A DNA stretch of 64,000 bases from Candidatus Magasanikiibacteriota bacterium (GCA_903893485.1 CAITMK010000008.1:10612-74611); one strand, 5' to 3'. Numbered from the stretch's first letter, positions 18,435 through 28,893 are shown. Notes: generated from the letters alone by a model not told the origin. Program-made: numbers and translations.

Positions 18435-19757
18435 ATGATTGGCGCATGGGAAACATCCCCACAAATCCAGTCATTTCCTCAAGCAATTTTACATGTCGAC
18501 GGCGATGCTTTTTTTGCCAGCTGTGAAGTTGCACTTCATCCGGATCTACGCGGCCGCCCTGTAATTACTGGCAAAGAACGCGGCATAGTTTCATCACTCT
18601 CCTACGAAGCAAAGGCGCGTGGAATTATTCGTGGTATGACACTTTATGAAGTTAAAAAAATTTGCCCCGACGCAGTCATACTCGCCAGCGACTATGAAAC
18701 TTATTCTCTGTTTTCTAAACGCATGTTTTCAATCATGCGTCGCTTCACCACACAAGTCGAAGAATATGGAATCGATGAAGGTTTTGCAGACATTACCGGC
18801 ATGCGTGGCCCACTTCATATGGACTACGAAGAAATTGCCCGCACCATGAAAAAAACAATCGATACCGAATTAGGGCTAACGGTTTCCATCGGCCTCGCAC
18901 CCACAAAATCACTTGCAAAAATGGCATCAAAGTGGCAAAAGCCGAATGGCTTTACCAGTGTTCCCGGCCGAGCCATCAATGGCTATTTAAGTGTTTTACC
19001 AATCGATAAATTGTGGGGTGTTGGCAAAAATACTGCTGCACACATGTATAAATTAAATATTAATACGGCACTTGATTTTATTAAAAAACCAATAGAATAC
19101 ATCACACAAAATTTTACCAAACCCCATCAGGAAATGTGGCACGAACTACGCGGCACACAAATCTGGCCCGTAGTCACCGAAGAAAAAAATACCTATGCGT
19201 CAATTTCAAAAACAAAGACATTTACCCCAGCATCAGATGATGCCCGTATTTTACTCGCCCAACTTACCCGCAATTTAGAAAATGCTTGCATCAAAGCACG
19301 TCGCCATAATTTAGTCGCCAAACGTTTTACTATTTATTTACGTACACAAGATTTCAAGAGCAGCGCACTTGAATGTAAACTTACGCGCGCAACAAATTTC
19401 CCGCATGATCTACTCCCATACTTACAAAAATTAGCGGCAGATCTCATCAATAAAAATATAAAATATCGCGCAACTGGAATTATTTTATCAGAACTTACTC
19501 CAGAATCAAATATCCAAACCACACTTTTTGAGTTGCCAACCACCATAGAAAAAATGCAACGTATTTATGCTGCCGTTGATCAACTTAGCGCAGATTTTGG
19601 CAAACATGTTGTGCATCTTGGCGGTTCTCAACTTTCATTTACGCGCCCACAATATGCGCCCGGCCGCACACGCGAAACTGCGCGCTCTACCGCACCATTT
19701 CACGGCGAAACTGCTCGTCAACATTTACGTATTCCCCGATTAGCAATCATCGTATAA
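18435..19757 (+). CDS. dinB: Y-family DNA polymerase (DinB/UmuC-like)
   Basis: ILHVDGDAFFASCE, SYEAKARG, GIDEGFAD, LAKMASKWQKPNG, LWGVG. Confidence 0.9.
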   Translation: MIGAWETSPQIQSFPQAILHVDGDAFFASCEVALHPDLRGRPVITGKERGIVSSLSYEAKARGIIRGMTLYEVKKICPDAVILASDYETYSLFSKRMFSIMRRFTTQVEEYGIDEGFADITGMRGPLHMDYEEIARTMKKTIDTELGLTVSIGLAPTKSLAKMASKWQKPNGFTSVPGRAINGYLSVLPIDKLWGVGKNTAAHMYKLNINTALDFIKKPIEYITQNFTKPHQEMWHELRGTQIWPVVTEEKNTYASISKTKTFTPASDDARILLAQLTRNLENACIKARRHNLVAKRFTIYLRTQDFKSSALECKLTRATNFPHDLLPYLQKLAADLINKNIKYRATGIILSELTPESNIQTTLFELPTTIEKMQRIYAAVDQLSADFGKHVVHLGGSQLSFTRPQYAPGRTRETARSTAPFHGETARQHLRIPRLAIIV

Positions 19758-19766
19758 TAAACCTAT

Positions 19767-20156
19767 ATGCAAAACCTTACCGATGCAGAGTGGAAACAAA
19801 AATTAACACCCGAAGAATACTCAGTGCTTCGCGAAAAAAGTACTGAAGCACCATTTACTGGCGAATATTGGAACACCCGAGAACCCGGCACATACCTATG
19901 TCGCGCATGTGGTGCAGAACTATTCGATGCTGAAACAAAATTTGACGCACATTGCGGTTGGCCAAGTTTCTTCACAGCCAAAGCCGCTGACAAAATTAAA
20001 CTAACACCCGACAACAGTCATGACATGCACCGCACCGAAGTGACTTGCGCCAACTGTGGCAGCCACCTTGGTCATCTCTTCAACGATGGCCCTGAACCAA
20101 CTGGCGAGCGCTACTGTATTAACTCAATCTCACTAAAATTAAAAAAGAGCCCGTAG
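19767..20156 (+). CDS. msrB: Peptide-methionine (R)-S-oxide reductase
   Basis: TEAPFTG, CGWPSF, RTEV, HLGHLFNDGP, RYCINS. Confidence 0.96.
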   Translation: MQNLTDAEWKQKLTPEEYSVLREKSTEAPFTGEYWNTREPGTYLCRACGAELFDAETKFDAHCGWPSFFTAKAADKIKLTPDNSHDMHRTEVTCANCGSHLGHLFNDGPEPTGERYCINSISLKLKKSP

Positions 20157-20173
20157 GCTCTTTTTTAAAAATC

Positions 20174-22084
20174 TTATTGGCAAACCGCGCATTCCTCATT
20201 CGCAAAATCTCTTTGCACTGCCCGGTTACCATCCACGCGTTCAGCTTCAATTGGCGCCGCACTACGCAGATAGTACAAAGTCTTTACGCCCGCTTTCCAT
20301 GCCAAAAAGTGCACCTCATTCAAATACTTACCACTAATTGGCGTTGGGAAAAACACATTCAGCGACTGCGCCTGATCAATATATGGTTGGCGATCAGCTG
20401 CTTGCTGCACAATTTCGCGCATATTCATTTCGTATGCTGTACGAAAAACCGCTTTTTCTTCATCACTCAAACAATCTAATCCCTGCACACTCCCCTTCAT
20501 TGCAATAACCTCCTTCCAAATTTCTTGATTATTCAATCCCTTTTTTTCAAGCAACTGTTCCAAATATTTATTTTTCACCAAGAAACTGCCCGACAAAGTT
20601 TTTTGCAAATAAGCATTTCCAGAAATTGGTTCAACGCATGGCGTTGTCTCACCACAAATAAATGCAGTACTTGCCGTTGGTTGCACTGACGTAACATAGG
20701 AATTGCGCTGTGTGCCGCCATCAAGTGGCAACCCGCGTTCTTCACCCAACTTTTTCGATGCTGCGCGCGCACTTTCACCAAACTTTTTGAAAATTTCCTT
20801 GTTCACATTACGTGCCAACAAACTTTCAAATGGCAAATTGCGTTTCATGAGAAGTCCATGATATCCCATAACGCCCAAACCAATTGAACGTTCGTGCTTC
20901 ACAGAATTAATCGCTTTTTGATATTCTTTGCTTGGCGCCATTTCGCAAAAAGAATCCAAATTATTATCCAACGCCTTCGCACAAATGTATGTGATGTGAT
21001 CAATCTGATCATTCCATTCGTCCCACTTCTCTAAATTCAAATTACCCAAACAGCAAACCGCGGTGCGCTCCTCATTAGTTGGCAAAACAATTTCGGTACA
21101 CAAATTACTTTGGCGAACAAACAATCCCAAATCTTTGTGATGCTGTGGTACCTCTTTATTCACGGTATCAATAAACACCATGTATGGCTCACCGGTTTCC
21201 GCGCGCGTCGTTAATAATTTACGCCACACATCAACCGCGTTCAAACGGCCGGCAACTGTTTTGTAGTGTGGATCAATCAAATCATATTCGCGATTTTCTT
21301 CAACCGCTTTCATGAATTCATCGGTGATCACGACACCATTATTAATATTCAAACATTTGCGATCTTGATCCGCGCCCGTTGGCTTGCGAACTTCAATAAA
21401 ATCTTCAATATCTGGATGATCAACACGTAAATACGCCGCCGCAGCACCACGACGAATACCGTTGCGCGAAATCGCAATAGTTTCTGAATCCATGATTTTC
21501 AAAAATGGAATCACGCCAGAAGATTTCAAACCACTTGCCTGCAACGGTGCGTTTGAACCGCGCAAAGCTGACCAATCAGTCCCAATACCGCCACCATATT
21601 TTGCCAAAAACGCATTCTCGCGATAAATATCAAAAATGCCTTCCAATGTATCTGGCACCATGTTAAGAAAACATGAAATTGGTAAACCTTTGCTTGTACC
21701 AATATTCATCAAAACCGGCGTCGATGGTGTAAACCACTGACGACTCATAATATCGTACAATTCCTGTGCCAATGCCAAGTCACCGCGACACATACCCGTT
21801 GCAACGCGCGCAAAAAATGTTTGTACATTTTCACAAATCGCATCATTTGCATCGTGCAAAAAATAACGATCGCGTAAATTTTCCAAACCAAAATAAGTCA
21901 TGATGCCATCGCGGCTATGATCAATTACGATTTTTTCTTGCAGCGCACGATCCGCCGTGTAGTGTGGGCAATCCCAACTTCCTTTTCCTTTTGTGGTTTC
22001 CATGATTTCTGCAAGCAGTAAATCGCGAGCCGAACCTAAATCGTTGTGAGACAATGCATCAATGACCGAAGAATAGTTTGCCAT
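20174..22084 (-). CDS. nrdA: Ribonucleoside-diphosphate reductase alpha subunit (class I)
   Basis: ISCF, GGGIG, SNLCTEI, QPTAST, KTLYYLR, C-terminal CAVC; no obvious ATP cone. Confidence 0.95.
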   Translation of the reverse strand: MANYSSVIDALSHNDLGSARDLLLAEIMETTKGKGSWDCPHYTADRALQEKIVIDHSRDGIMTYFGLENLRDRYFLHDANDAICENVQTFFARVATGMCRGDLALAQELYDIMSRQWFTPSTPVLMNIGTSKGLPISCFLNMVPDTLEGIFDIYRENAFLAKYGGGIGTDWSALRGSNAPLQASGLKSSGVIPFLKIMDSETIAISRNGIRRGAAAAYLRVDHPDIEDFIEVRKPTGADQDRKCLNINNGVVITDEFMKAVEENREYDLIDPHYKTVAGRLNAVDVWRKLLTTRAETGEPYMVFIDTVNKEVPQHHKDLGLFVRQSNLCTEIVLPTNEERTAVCCLGNLNLEKWDEWNDQIDHITYICAKALDNNLDSFCEMAPSKEYQKAINSVKHERSIGLGVMGYHGLLMKRNLPFESLLARNVNKEIFKKFGESARAASKKLGEERGLPLDGGTQRNSYVTSVQPTASTAFICGETTPCVEPISGNAYLQKTLSGSFLVKNKYLEQLLEKKGLNNQEIWKEVIAMKGSVQGLDCLSDEEKAVFRTAYEMNMREIVQQAADRQPYIDQAQSLNVFFPTPISGKYLNEVHFLAWKAGVKTLYYLRSAAPIEAERVDGNRAVQRDFANEECAVCQ

Positions 22085-22096
22085 ATTTTAATTTAA

Positions 22097-23068
22097 TTAT
22101 GCCCAATCATTTACAATAGCGCCTTTTGAATATTCCGTAGCACGGTTTTCAAAGAAGTTTGCGTGTTCTTTTGCATTTACCATTACGTCGAGCCATTCTA
22201 ATGGATTTTTCTGTACGTGATAAATTGGGTCCAAACCCAGATCACCTAATTTACGATCTGCAATATATCGAATATAACCCTTCACCTCTTCTGGATCTAA
22301 GCCAGGAACCGCGCCCATCGAAAAACAGGTGTCGATAAACGCATCTTCCAGACGAACCATCTCGCGACAAGCCTCAACCAATTTTGCGCGCAGCTCTGGT
22401 GTCCACAATGATTTATTTTCAGAAATATAATCGCGGAACAACTGACACACACCACGGCTATGTAACGTCTCATCGCGAATTGACCAGGTAACAATTTGGC
22501 CAACGCCACGAAGCTTGCCCAAACGTGGAAAATTCATGAGAATTGCAAACGAAGAAAATAAACTTACCCCTTCCATGAACCCGCCAAACACTGCCAAGTT
22601 CATCGCTAATTCTTCTGGATGCGTAATATCAAAGTTCTGCAGATACTGATATTTGTTGCGCATGGATTCGTACTGCAAAAACGCAGAATACTCTTGCTCT
22701 GGCAACCCAAGCGAATCATTCAAATATGAATATGCCCACACATGAATACTTTCCATGGCAGCAAACGCCGATAGCATCATTTTAATTTCTGGTTTTGGAA
22801 ACGCAGGAATTAAACGTGTGTTGTAATTATTATTAACCTCCAAATCGCCCTGCGTAAAAAAACGTAAAATCTGAATAATCAGATTTTTTTCTGGTTCAGA
22901 CAATCGAAAACGATAATCATTAATATCTGACTCCATTGGAACTTCTGTTGGCATCCAATGTGCTTGATTTTGTTTTTTGAACAATTCAAAGTACTGCGGA
23001 TATTCAAATGGGCGGTAGACAGCGCGCGGTGTTAAGAGCGAGCAGCTGTTCAATAAGGTGCTATTCAT
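22097..23068 (-). CDS. nrdB: Ribonucleotide reductase beta subunit (class Ia)
   Basis: FFTQGD, ESIHVWAY (radical Tyr), EGVSLFSSF, RDETLH, NFFE..TEY. Confidence 0.95.
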   Translation of the reverse strand: MNSTLLNSCSLLTPRAVYRPFEYPQYFELFKKQNQAHWMPTEVPMESDINDYRFRLSEPEKNLIIQILRFFTQGDLEVNNNYNTRLIPAFPKPEIKMMLSAFAAMESIHVWAYSYLNDSLGLPEQEYSAFLQYESMRNKYQYLQNFDITHPEELAMNLAVFGGFMEGVSLFSSFAILMNFPRLGKLRGVGQIVTWSIRDETLHSRGVCQLFRDYISENKSLWTPELRAKLVEACREMVRLEDAFIDTCFSMGAVPGLDPEEVKGYIRYIADRKLGDLGLDPIYHVQKNPLEWLDVMVNAKEHANFFENRATEYSKGAIVNDWA

Positions 23069-23118
23069 ATTTGGAGGAGTGCACGAGCAATTATACGTTG
23101 CAATTGCCAATCTGTGAA

Positions 23119-23176
23119 TGTGGATAAATGGCACATGTTGTGCACAGGTTTATCCACATACCACTATATGTAGTGT
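23119..23176. promoter_or_regulatory. Two DnaA boxes and an NrdR box upstream of nrdBA
   Basis: TGTGGATAA 23119-27; TTATCCACA 23150-58; CCACTATATGTAGTGT 23161-76. Confidence 0.75.
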
Positions 23177-23232
23177 TTCGACCAAAATTATTGCTTTTGT
23201 CAAAAAAGGGCGTATACTAAAAAAACTCTCTT

Positions 23233-24351
23233 ATGAAAATAAAATTTTTAGCAGTTTTGATAGGCCTTTTTGTGTGGGCAGCGCCCGTTTCAATCGCACA
23301 CGCAGCAACTTCAGTCGCCGCACCAAGCCCAGATGAATACTATAAAGGTACGGTCGTGCACATTATCAAAGAAATCAAAAAACCAGGCACCGAATTATAC
23401 TCTCAAGATGTTGAGGTACGCCTAACCACAGGCCCTGAAACCGACAAACTAGTGCCGCTCAATTACGGCGGTTCAGATGCAATAACAGCCAAACAAAAGG
23501 TAGTCGTTGGCGACAAAGTCGTCATTATTCGTGTGTTAGATGCCACAACCAATGCACCAACCTACTATTTATCCGATTTTGATCGTCTCCCCTGGCTTTA
23601 TGGGTTTATTATTTTCTTTTTTGTAATAGCTTGTATCTTTGGTGGTCGTCGCGGCATCACCTCTTTGGGTGGATTAGTCTCAACGGTCGCAATTTTGCTC
23701 CTATATATTGTACCTCGCATTATTGCGGGCGATTCCCCAGTTACCACAGTACTCATTGGATCAGCTGCGATTATTCTGTTTTCGATGTTTTTTGCACATG
23801 GAATTAACCGCCAAACGGCGGTGGCTGTTGTCAGCACATTTGGCACCATCATTTTCGCAATTGGCTTTGCAGCACTTGCCATTAAACTAGCCCACATGTT
23901 TGGAACCGGCAGCGAAGAGGCTATGTATATCCAGCTTAATAATGCTGGCACGCTCGATGTGCGGGGCGTGCTGCTCGGCGGCATGATTATTGGTACGATT
24001 GGCGTACTCGATGATGTTACGACCGCCCAGACGGCCGCAGCAGCCGAAATTCACGATGCAAAACCAGGCATGCACTTTACCGAACTCTTCACCCGCGTTA
24101 TGCGCGTTGGCCGCGAGCACATTGCATCGCTGGTAAACACTCTTGTTTTAGCATACGCTGGCGCATCATTCCCACTTTTCTTACTTCTTTACTCCACCCG
24201 CGATGCGCAACCACTTTGGGTAGTCTTTAACAGTCAGCAGTTGGCCGAAGAAATCACTAGAACCGTTGTAGGCAGCGTAACTTTAGTCTTGGCCGTGCCG
24301 CTTTCCAGTGCCCTGGCCGCATGGTACTATACACGCCACAACAAAACCTAA
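23233..24351 (+). CDS. YibE/F family membrane protein
   Basis: IGTIGVLDDVTTAQ, VGREHIASLVNTLVLAYAGAS, EEITRTVVGS. Confidence 0.9.
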   Translation: MKIKFLAVLIGLFVWAAPVSIAHAATSVAAPSPDEYYKGTVVHIIKEIKKPGTELYSQDVEVRLTTGPETDKLVPLNYGGSDAITAKQKVVVGDKVVIIRVLDATTNAPTYYLSDFDRLPWLYGFIIFFFVIACIFGGRRGITSLGGLVSTVAILLLYIVPRIIAGDSPVTTVLIGSAAIILFSMFFAHGINRQTAVAVVSTFGTIIFAIGFAALAIKLAHMFGTGSEEAMYIQLNNAGTLDVRGVLLGGMIIGTIGVLDDVTTAQTAAAAEIHDAKPGMHFTELFTRVMRVGREHIASLVNTLVLAYAGASFPLFLLLYSTRDAQPLWVVFNSQQLAEEITRTVVGSVTLVLAVPLSSALAAWYYTRHNKT

Positions 24352-24352
24352 T

Positions 24353-25486
24353 ATGTCTGTATTTGATGAATCAGTCGCATTGCACGAAAAGTTTCATGGA
24401 AAAATTGAACTAACAACAAAGGTTCCGCTTGAAAACATGCACGACTTGTCATTGGCCTACACACCGGGCGTGGCGCAAGTGTGCCGCGAAATTGCCGCAG
24501 ACCCAGAAAAAGCTTACGTGCTTACCCCAAAATCAAACTTAGTCGCAGTTGTTTCCGACGGATCCGCGATTTTGGGCCTTGGTAATTTGGGCGCCGCAGC
24601 TGCAATCCCTGTTATGGAAGGCAAAGCCGCACTTTTCAAAAAATTTGCAGAAATTGATGCGTTTCCAATTTGCTTGGACACACAAAACGTCGATGAAATT
24701 GTTGAAACCGTGGTACACATTGCACCAGTTTTTGGCGGTATCAACCTAGAAGATATTTCTGCGCCCCGATGCTTTGAAGTCGAACGTCGCTTAAAGGCAC
24801 TTTTGCAAATTCCCGTGATGCACGATGATCAACATGGCACCGCAACGGTTGTTTTAGCAGCACTTATTAATGCGCTCACGCTGCGTGACATTACCGCTGC
24901 AGAAACTCGCGTGGTAATTAGTGGCGCAGGTGCGGCTGGCACTGCAATTGCAGAACTGCTTTTGGCGTATGGCGTACAAAATATTATTGTATGCGATAGC
25001 AAAGGAATTATTAGTATTGATCGTACTGATTTAAACGAAGAAAAAATTAGTTTAGCAAAAATTACCAACGCTGAAAAATTATCTGGCGGGCTTGCAGAAG
25101 CTTTACGGGGCGCACACGTATTTATCGGCGTAAGCGCTGCGGGTGCTTTATCCGCTTCACTTATTCCAACCATGGCCGAGCGCCCGATCATCATGGCAAT
25201 GGCAAATCCAGTTCCTGAAATTATGCCAGACGAAGCGCTTGCTGCTGGCGCATTCATTGTTGCCACAGGCCGCTCGGATTTTCCAAATCAAATTAACAAT
25301 GTACTAGCATTTCCGGGCATTTTCCGTGGTGCACTTGATCATCGCGTACGTGATATTACCAACGCAATGCTTGTGCAAGCTGCAAAAAATATTGCGGCTT
25401 GTGTTGCGAATCCAACAACCGAAGAAATTATTCCATCGGCGTTTGATATGTCAGTGGTTCCAGCGGTTGCAATTGCAATTAAATAG
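24353..25486 (+). CDS. NAD(P)-dependent malic enzyme
   Basis: LAYTPGVA, PVMEGKA, GGINLEDISAPRCF, HDDQHGTA, GAGAAG, ATGRSDFPNQINN. Confidence 0.95.
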   Translation: MSVFDESVALHEKFHGKIELTTKVPLENMHDLSLAYTPGVAQVCREIAADPEKAYVLTPKSNLVAVVSDGSAILGLGNLGAAAAIPVMEGKAALFKKFAEIDAFPICLDTQNVDEIVETVVHIAPVFGGINLEDISAPRCFEVERRLKALLQIPVMHDDQHGTATVVLAALINALTLRDITAAETRVVISGAGAAGTAIAELLLAYGVQNIIVCDSKGIISIDRTDLNEEKISLAKITNAEKLSGGLAEALRGAHVFIGVSAAGALSASLIPTMAERPIIMAMANPVPEIMPDEALAAGAFIVATGRSDFPNQINNVLAFPGIFRGALDHRVRDITNAMLVQAAKNIAACVANPTTEEIIPSAFDMSVVPAVAIAIK

Positions 25487-27113
25487 ACTTAACGGCCGTT
25501 TGTAGGCGAGCATTTACACGATCAGCCCCCATAACAGTCATCATTTCATACAAATCAGGCGTATTTGTGCGCTTTGTAAGCGCCATACGCAAAACTCCCG
25601 CGACATCACCAATATGACCGCGATACTTTTCTGGAGCCGCCTTAAAAGTTTTGGTATCAGCAGCAAAACCTTGTACTTCTGCAAATACGCGTAAATTTTC
25701 GAGCCATTTTTCTGCTCCCACGGACAAATCGGGTGCATAATTTTCCAAAACTGATTTTGCAACTTCTGACGATTTCCATTCATATGCATCGGCTACATAT
25801 AATTCGTCAAAGAAAAATGCAAGTTGCGCTGGTGCATCAGACCATTTTGCCAAATCCTTACGACGCTTTTCGTTGTCACGCTCGATTCCCAAAATCGCTT
25901 TAACATATTCTGGTGCCGCTTCAAGGCGCGCACTAAAATCCAAATCAAATTCTGCTGCCCATTTTTGTAGCGCTTCAAAAATTTCATCAACGCTCATGCG
26001 CGCAACGATGCGTTTGCTAATGTCATTTAATTTAACCAAATCAAACAGCGCGCCACTGGTATTTGCTTTTGATAAATCAATTTTAAAATCTGCGTATGGC
26101 GCATCAGGGTTCGCAGCGCGCCAATCTTCAAAACTCGAATTCGCCAAATTTAATAAATATTCCACGACCGCATCTTTTGGATAACCAGCGGCAACGTAAA
26201 AAGCAACATTTGCTTCGGGATCTTTGCGCTTACTCAGTTTGCGGCGGCTTGCGCCATCAACTTTAGTGATTGGCGCGATATGCGCATATTTTGGCAACGT
26301 CCATCCCATACGTGCAAATAATTCTACGTGCAATGGTGCCGACGGCAACCATTCATCACCGCGAATTACCATGGTGGTTTTCATGAAGGTGTCGTCCACC
26401 GCATGCGCCCAATGATAGGTTGGATATCCATCTGACTTGAGCAACACCGCATCCTGATCATTTTCAGTTAACATGAGCTTGCCTTTGATTTCGTCAACAA
26501 ACTGAAATTTCTTAAGCCCATCACCGTTGGCGCGCAAACGAATCGCAAAGGTTTTGCCCGCGGCCAAAGCAGCCGCAACATCATCCGCAGACATGTCGCG
26601 ATGTTTTGCCCAAGCGCCATAATAGCCAGTTTTAATTTTTTGTAGTTCCTGTTGCTCACGAGCTGCAGATAATTCTTCGCCTGTACAAAAACATGGATAT
26701 GCAAAACCCCGGCGCACTAATTCTTTTATGCACGCACGATAAAGTGATAATCGCTGGCTCTGGATATAAGGACCGTATTCTCCAACCTGGGTCATGTCTG
26801 GTAAAACACCTTCATCAACATGCAAACCAAACTTTGCCAAACCTTGAGCGATCAACTCAACGCCGTTTTCAATTTCGCGTTCTTTATCGGTGTCTTCGAT
26901 ACGCAAAATAAAAGTTCCACGGGTTTGATGTGCGATGCGCTCTGAAAAAAGCGCTGCATAAATTGCGCCAATATGTAAAAATCCTGTTGGACTTGGAGCA
27001 TAGCGAGTTACTTCGCAGCCCGCTGCTAATGCGCGTGCTGGCACTGTTGCAAGTAAATTTTCAGGCAATTCCGTAACGTCAGGAAATAAAAGATTGGCCA
27101 ATTGTTCGCTCAT
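25479..27113 (-). CDS. gltX: Glutamate--tRNA ligase
   Basis: RYAPSPTGFLHIG (HIGH), RIEDTD, RGDEW, KLSKR (KMSKS). Confidence 0.95.
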   Translation of the reverse strand: MSEQLANLLFPDVTELPENLLATVPARALAAGCEVTRYAPSPTGFLHIGAIYAALFSERIAHQTRGTFILRIEDTDKEREIENGVELIAQGLAKFGLHVDEGVLPDMTQVGEYGPYIQSQRLSLYRACIKELVRRGFAYPCFCTGEELSAAREQQELQKIKTGYYGAWAKHRDMSADDVAAALAAGKTFAIRLRANGDGLKKFQFVDEIKGKLMLTENDQDAVLLKSDGYPTYHWAHAVDDTFMKTTMVIRGDEWLPSAPLHVELFARMGWTLPKYAHIAPITKVDGASRRKLSKRKDPEANVAFYVAAGYPKDAVVEYLLNLANSSFEDWRAANPDAPYADFKIDLSKANTSGALFDLVKLNDISKRIVARMSVDEIFEALQKWAAEFDLDFSARLEAAPEYVKAILGIERDNEKRRKDLAKWSDAPAQLAFFFDELYVADAYEWKSSEVAKSVLENYAPDLSVGAEKWLENLRVFAEVQGFAADTKTFKAAPEKYRGHIGDVAGVLRMALTKRTNTPDLYEMMTVMGADRVNARLQTAVKSI

Positions 27114-27133
27114 ATAGGCCAATACTACCTGTT

Positions 27134-27517
27134 TTAGGCTGTTTTTACAAGTCTCTTAAAGGTAAGCGGCAAATGCAAAACGTAAGCCAGTAACAACGCA
27201 TTGGTTAAAAACACCAAAACCTCTAAAAATGGAACAGTTTCGCGTAAAATACTGATGAATTGTATAAAAAAATCACCAGTTAATTCAAAATTTTCCCAAA
27301 CAATATTCATGAGCGTTAAAAATTCAGCTTCACTGAGCTTGGTCCAAACACGCATGCCGGTAAAAATTAAATTTATGGACAAAAGCAAAATCACCACCAC
27401 AAAAGGTGTACGAAACTTCAAAAAAACCAGCTGCTTCATGATTTTACCATGTAAGCCTGGCGGGAATTTGATGTTAGCTATTTCATCTATGACCGTGCTC
27501 AATTCCTTTTCTGACAT
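27134..27517 (-). CDS. Putative membrane anti-sigma factor
   Basis: Directly after ECF sigma; PPGLHGKIM motif followed by two TM helices. Confidence 0.6.
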   Translation of the reverse strand: MSEKELSTVIDEIANIKFPPGLHGKIMKQLVFLKFRTPFVVVILLLSINLIFTGMRVWTKLSEAEFLTLMNIVWENFELTGDFFIQFISILRETVPFLEVLVFLTNALLLAYVLHLPLTFKRLVKTA

Positions 27518-27518
27518 A

Positions 27519-28079
27519 TTATTTATTTTCTATGGCCATTTTTAAAGCCTCGCGCGCGCGCCGTAATTGCGTTTTCACTGTATTTTCGGGCACCTGAAGC
27601 GTTTCCGATATCTCTTCGCAACTAAGTTCTTCCTTGTAAAAAAGTAAAAGCACGTTGCGGTAAGCCGGCTTTATTTTTGCCAGTGCCGCGTTCACATCAA
27701 CTCCTGCCTCTATACTTATATACGTATTCTTTTCATCTTTCGTTTCAAAATTACTTTCTGGATCATCGATGATTGTCATTTCCTTGGCGCCAATGCTTCG
27801 TTTGTGGCGCAAATAATCATAAACGGTGTTGGTGGCAATGGTAAAAAGCCATGTTTTAAATCCACGACCCGCCTCATACTTTGGCAAATTCTTATATAAT
27901 TTAATAAAAATTTCCTGCGTTAAATCCTCAGCATCGTCACCATTTCCAACCATTTGAACAACATATCTAAAAATTTGCTTTTCAAAAAGGGTGAGCAGCT
28001 GTTCAAAAGCCAAAAGGTCGCCCCCGCGGGCGACCTCCAAGATTTTCTCTAATTCGGTCTGAGAAGACTCTTGTTTCAT
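27519..28079 (-). CDS. ECF RNA polymerase sigma-70 factor
   Basis: DAEDLTQEIF, FKTWLFTIATN, EISETLQVPENTVKTQLRRAR. Confidence 0.93.
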   Translation of the reverse strand: MKQESSQTELEKILEVARGGDLLAFEQLLTLFEKQIFRYVVQMVGNGDDAEDLTQEIFIKLYKNLPKYEAGRGFKTWLFTIATNTVYDYLRHKRSIGAKEMTIIDDPESNFETKDEKNTYISIEAGVDVNAALAKIKPAYRNVLLLFYKEELSCEEISETLQVPENTVKTQLRRAREALKMAIENK

Positions 28080-28498
28080 TATGGAGCGGTTGTTGCAGAC
28101 AAAATTGATGTAACCGCAAAGCTACTAATTGCGTACGCAGCAGCAATTACAACTAAACCAATAACTGCATTTTTGATGATATCTTTTGCGGTTTGAACCT
28201 GTTTGCTGTCGCCTTGTGCGGTCATCCATTCAAAACCACCATAAACAGCGAGAGCCAAGAAAATAACACCGAGGAAGCCCAATACGATGTTAATAATACG
28301 ACCGACTAATTCTGGTAACGTAATTGTAGTTGCAACACCTGCCTGACCACCTGCAGCAGCCAAATTATTTTGAGCAGCAGTAACCGGTGAAGTTGGTGCT
28401 GTTGCAGCCTGTGCAAAAGTTGTGCTAACGCTTACTAACATGGTTGCTGCTACGGCTGCAGCTGAAACACCGTATGAAATTTTTTGGATGAGTGTCAT
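28079..28498 (-). CDS. TrbC/VirB2-like pilin
   Basis: Signal peptide; YGGFEWMTAQGD..V..AK..I.NAVIGL hairpin motif. Confidence 0.85.
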   Translation of the reverse strand: MTLIQKISYGVSAAAVAATMLVSVSTTFAQAATAPTSPVTAAQNNLAAAGGQAGVATTITLPELVGRIINIVLGFLGVIFLALAVYGGFEWMTAQGDSKQVQTAKDIIKNAVIGLVVIAAAYAISSFAVTSILSATTAP

Positions 28499-28562
28499 AG
28501 CATTTAAATATGAAATTATTATAGCACAATTTTTTGTCCTGTGGATACTATTTTGTCAAACC

Positions 28563-28883
28563 TTAGGGCTGCGGATTCGTAGCGCCCATAATCGCGGTGA
28601 GAATAAAGGTACTGATCGCATACGCTGCCCCAACGATAACCAAACCAATAATAACATTCTGTAATGTTTCTTTGGCCTGCGTCACTTGCTTTGCGTCACC
28701 GCGCGCCGTGAGCCATAAAAAACCTGCATATATGCCATACCCAAAAACGATGAGGCCAATTAAACCCAGAGCAAGACTAATAATATTACCCGCAAGTACC
28801 GGCAAAGCAACGGCAGGTGTGCCATAGCCTCTTGTGCCGGCGGTGTTTACTGATGCTCCTACGTCAGACCAGGATGATGCCAT
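28563..28883 (-). CDS. TrbC/VirB2-like pilin
   Basis: YAGFLWLTARGDAKQVTQAKETLQNVIIGL. Confidence 0.85.
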   Translation of the reverse strand: MASSWSDVGASVNTAGTRGYGTPAVALPVLAGNIISLALGLIGLIVFGYGIYAGFLWLTARGDAKQVTQAKETLQNVIIGLVIVGAAYAISTFILTAIMGATNPQP

Positions 28884-28893
28884 ACAGAAATAA

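Noticed and set aside
22097-23068. Class Ic or metal-free RNR beta subunit
   Set aside because: The Asp ligand, radical Tyr and Glu/His ligands are all present, consistent with class Ia.
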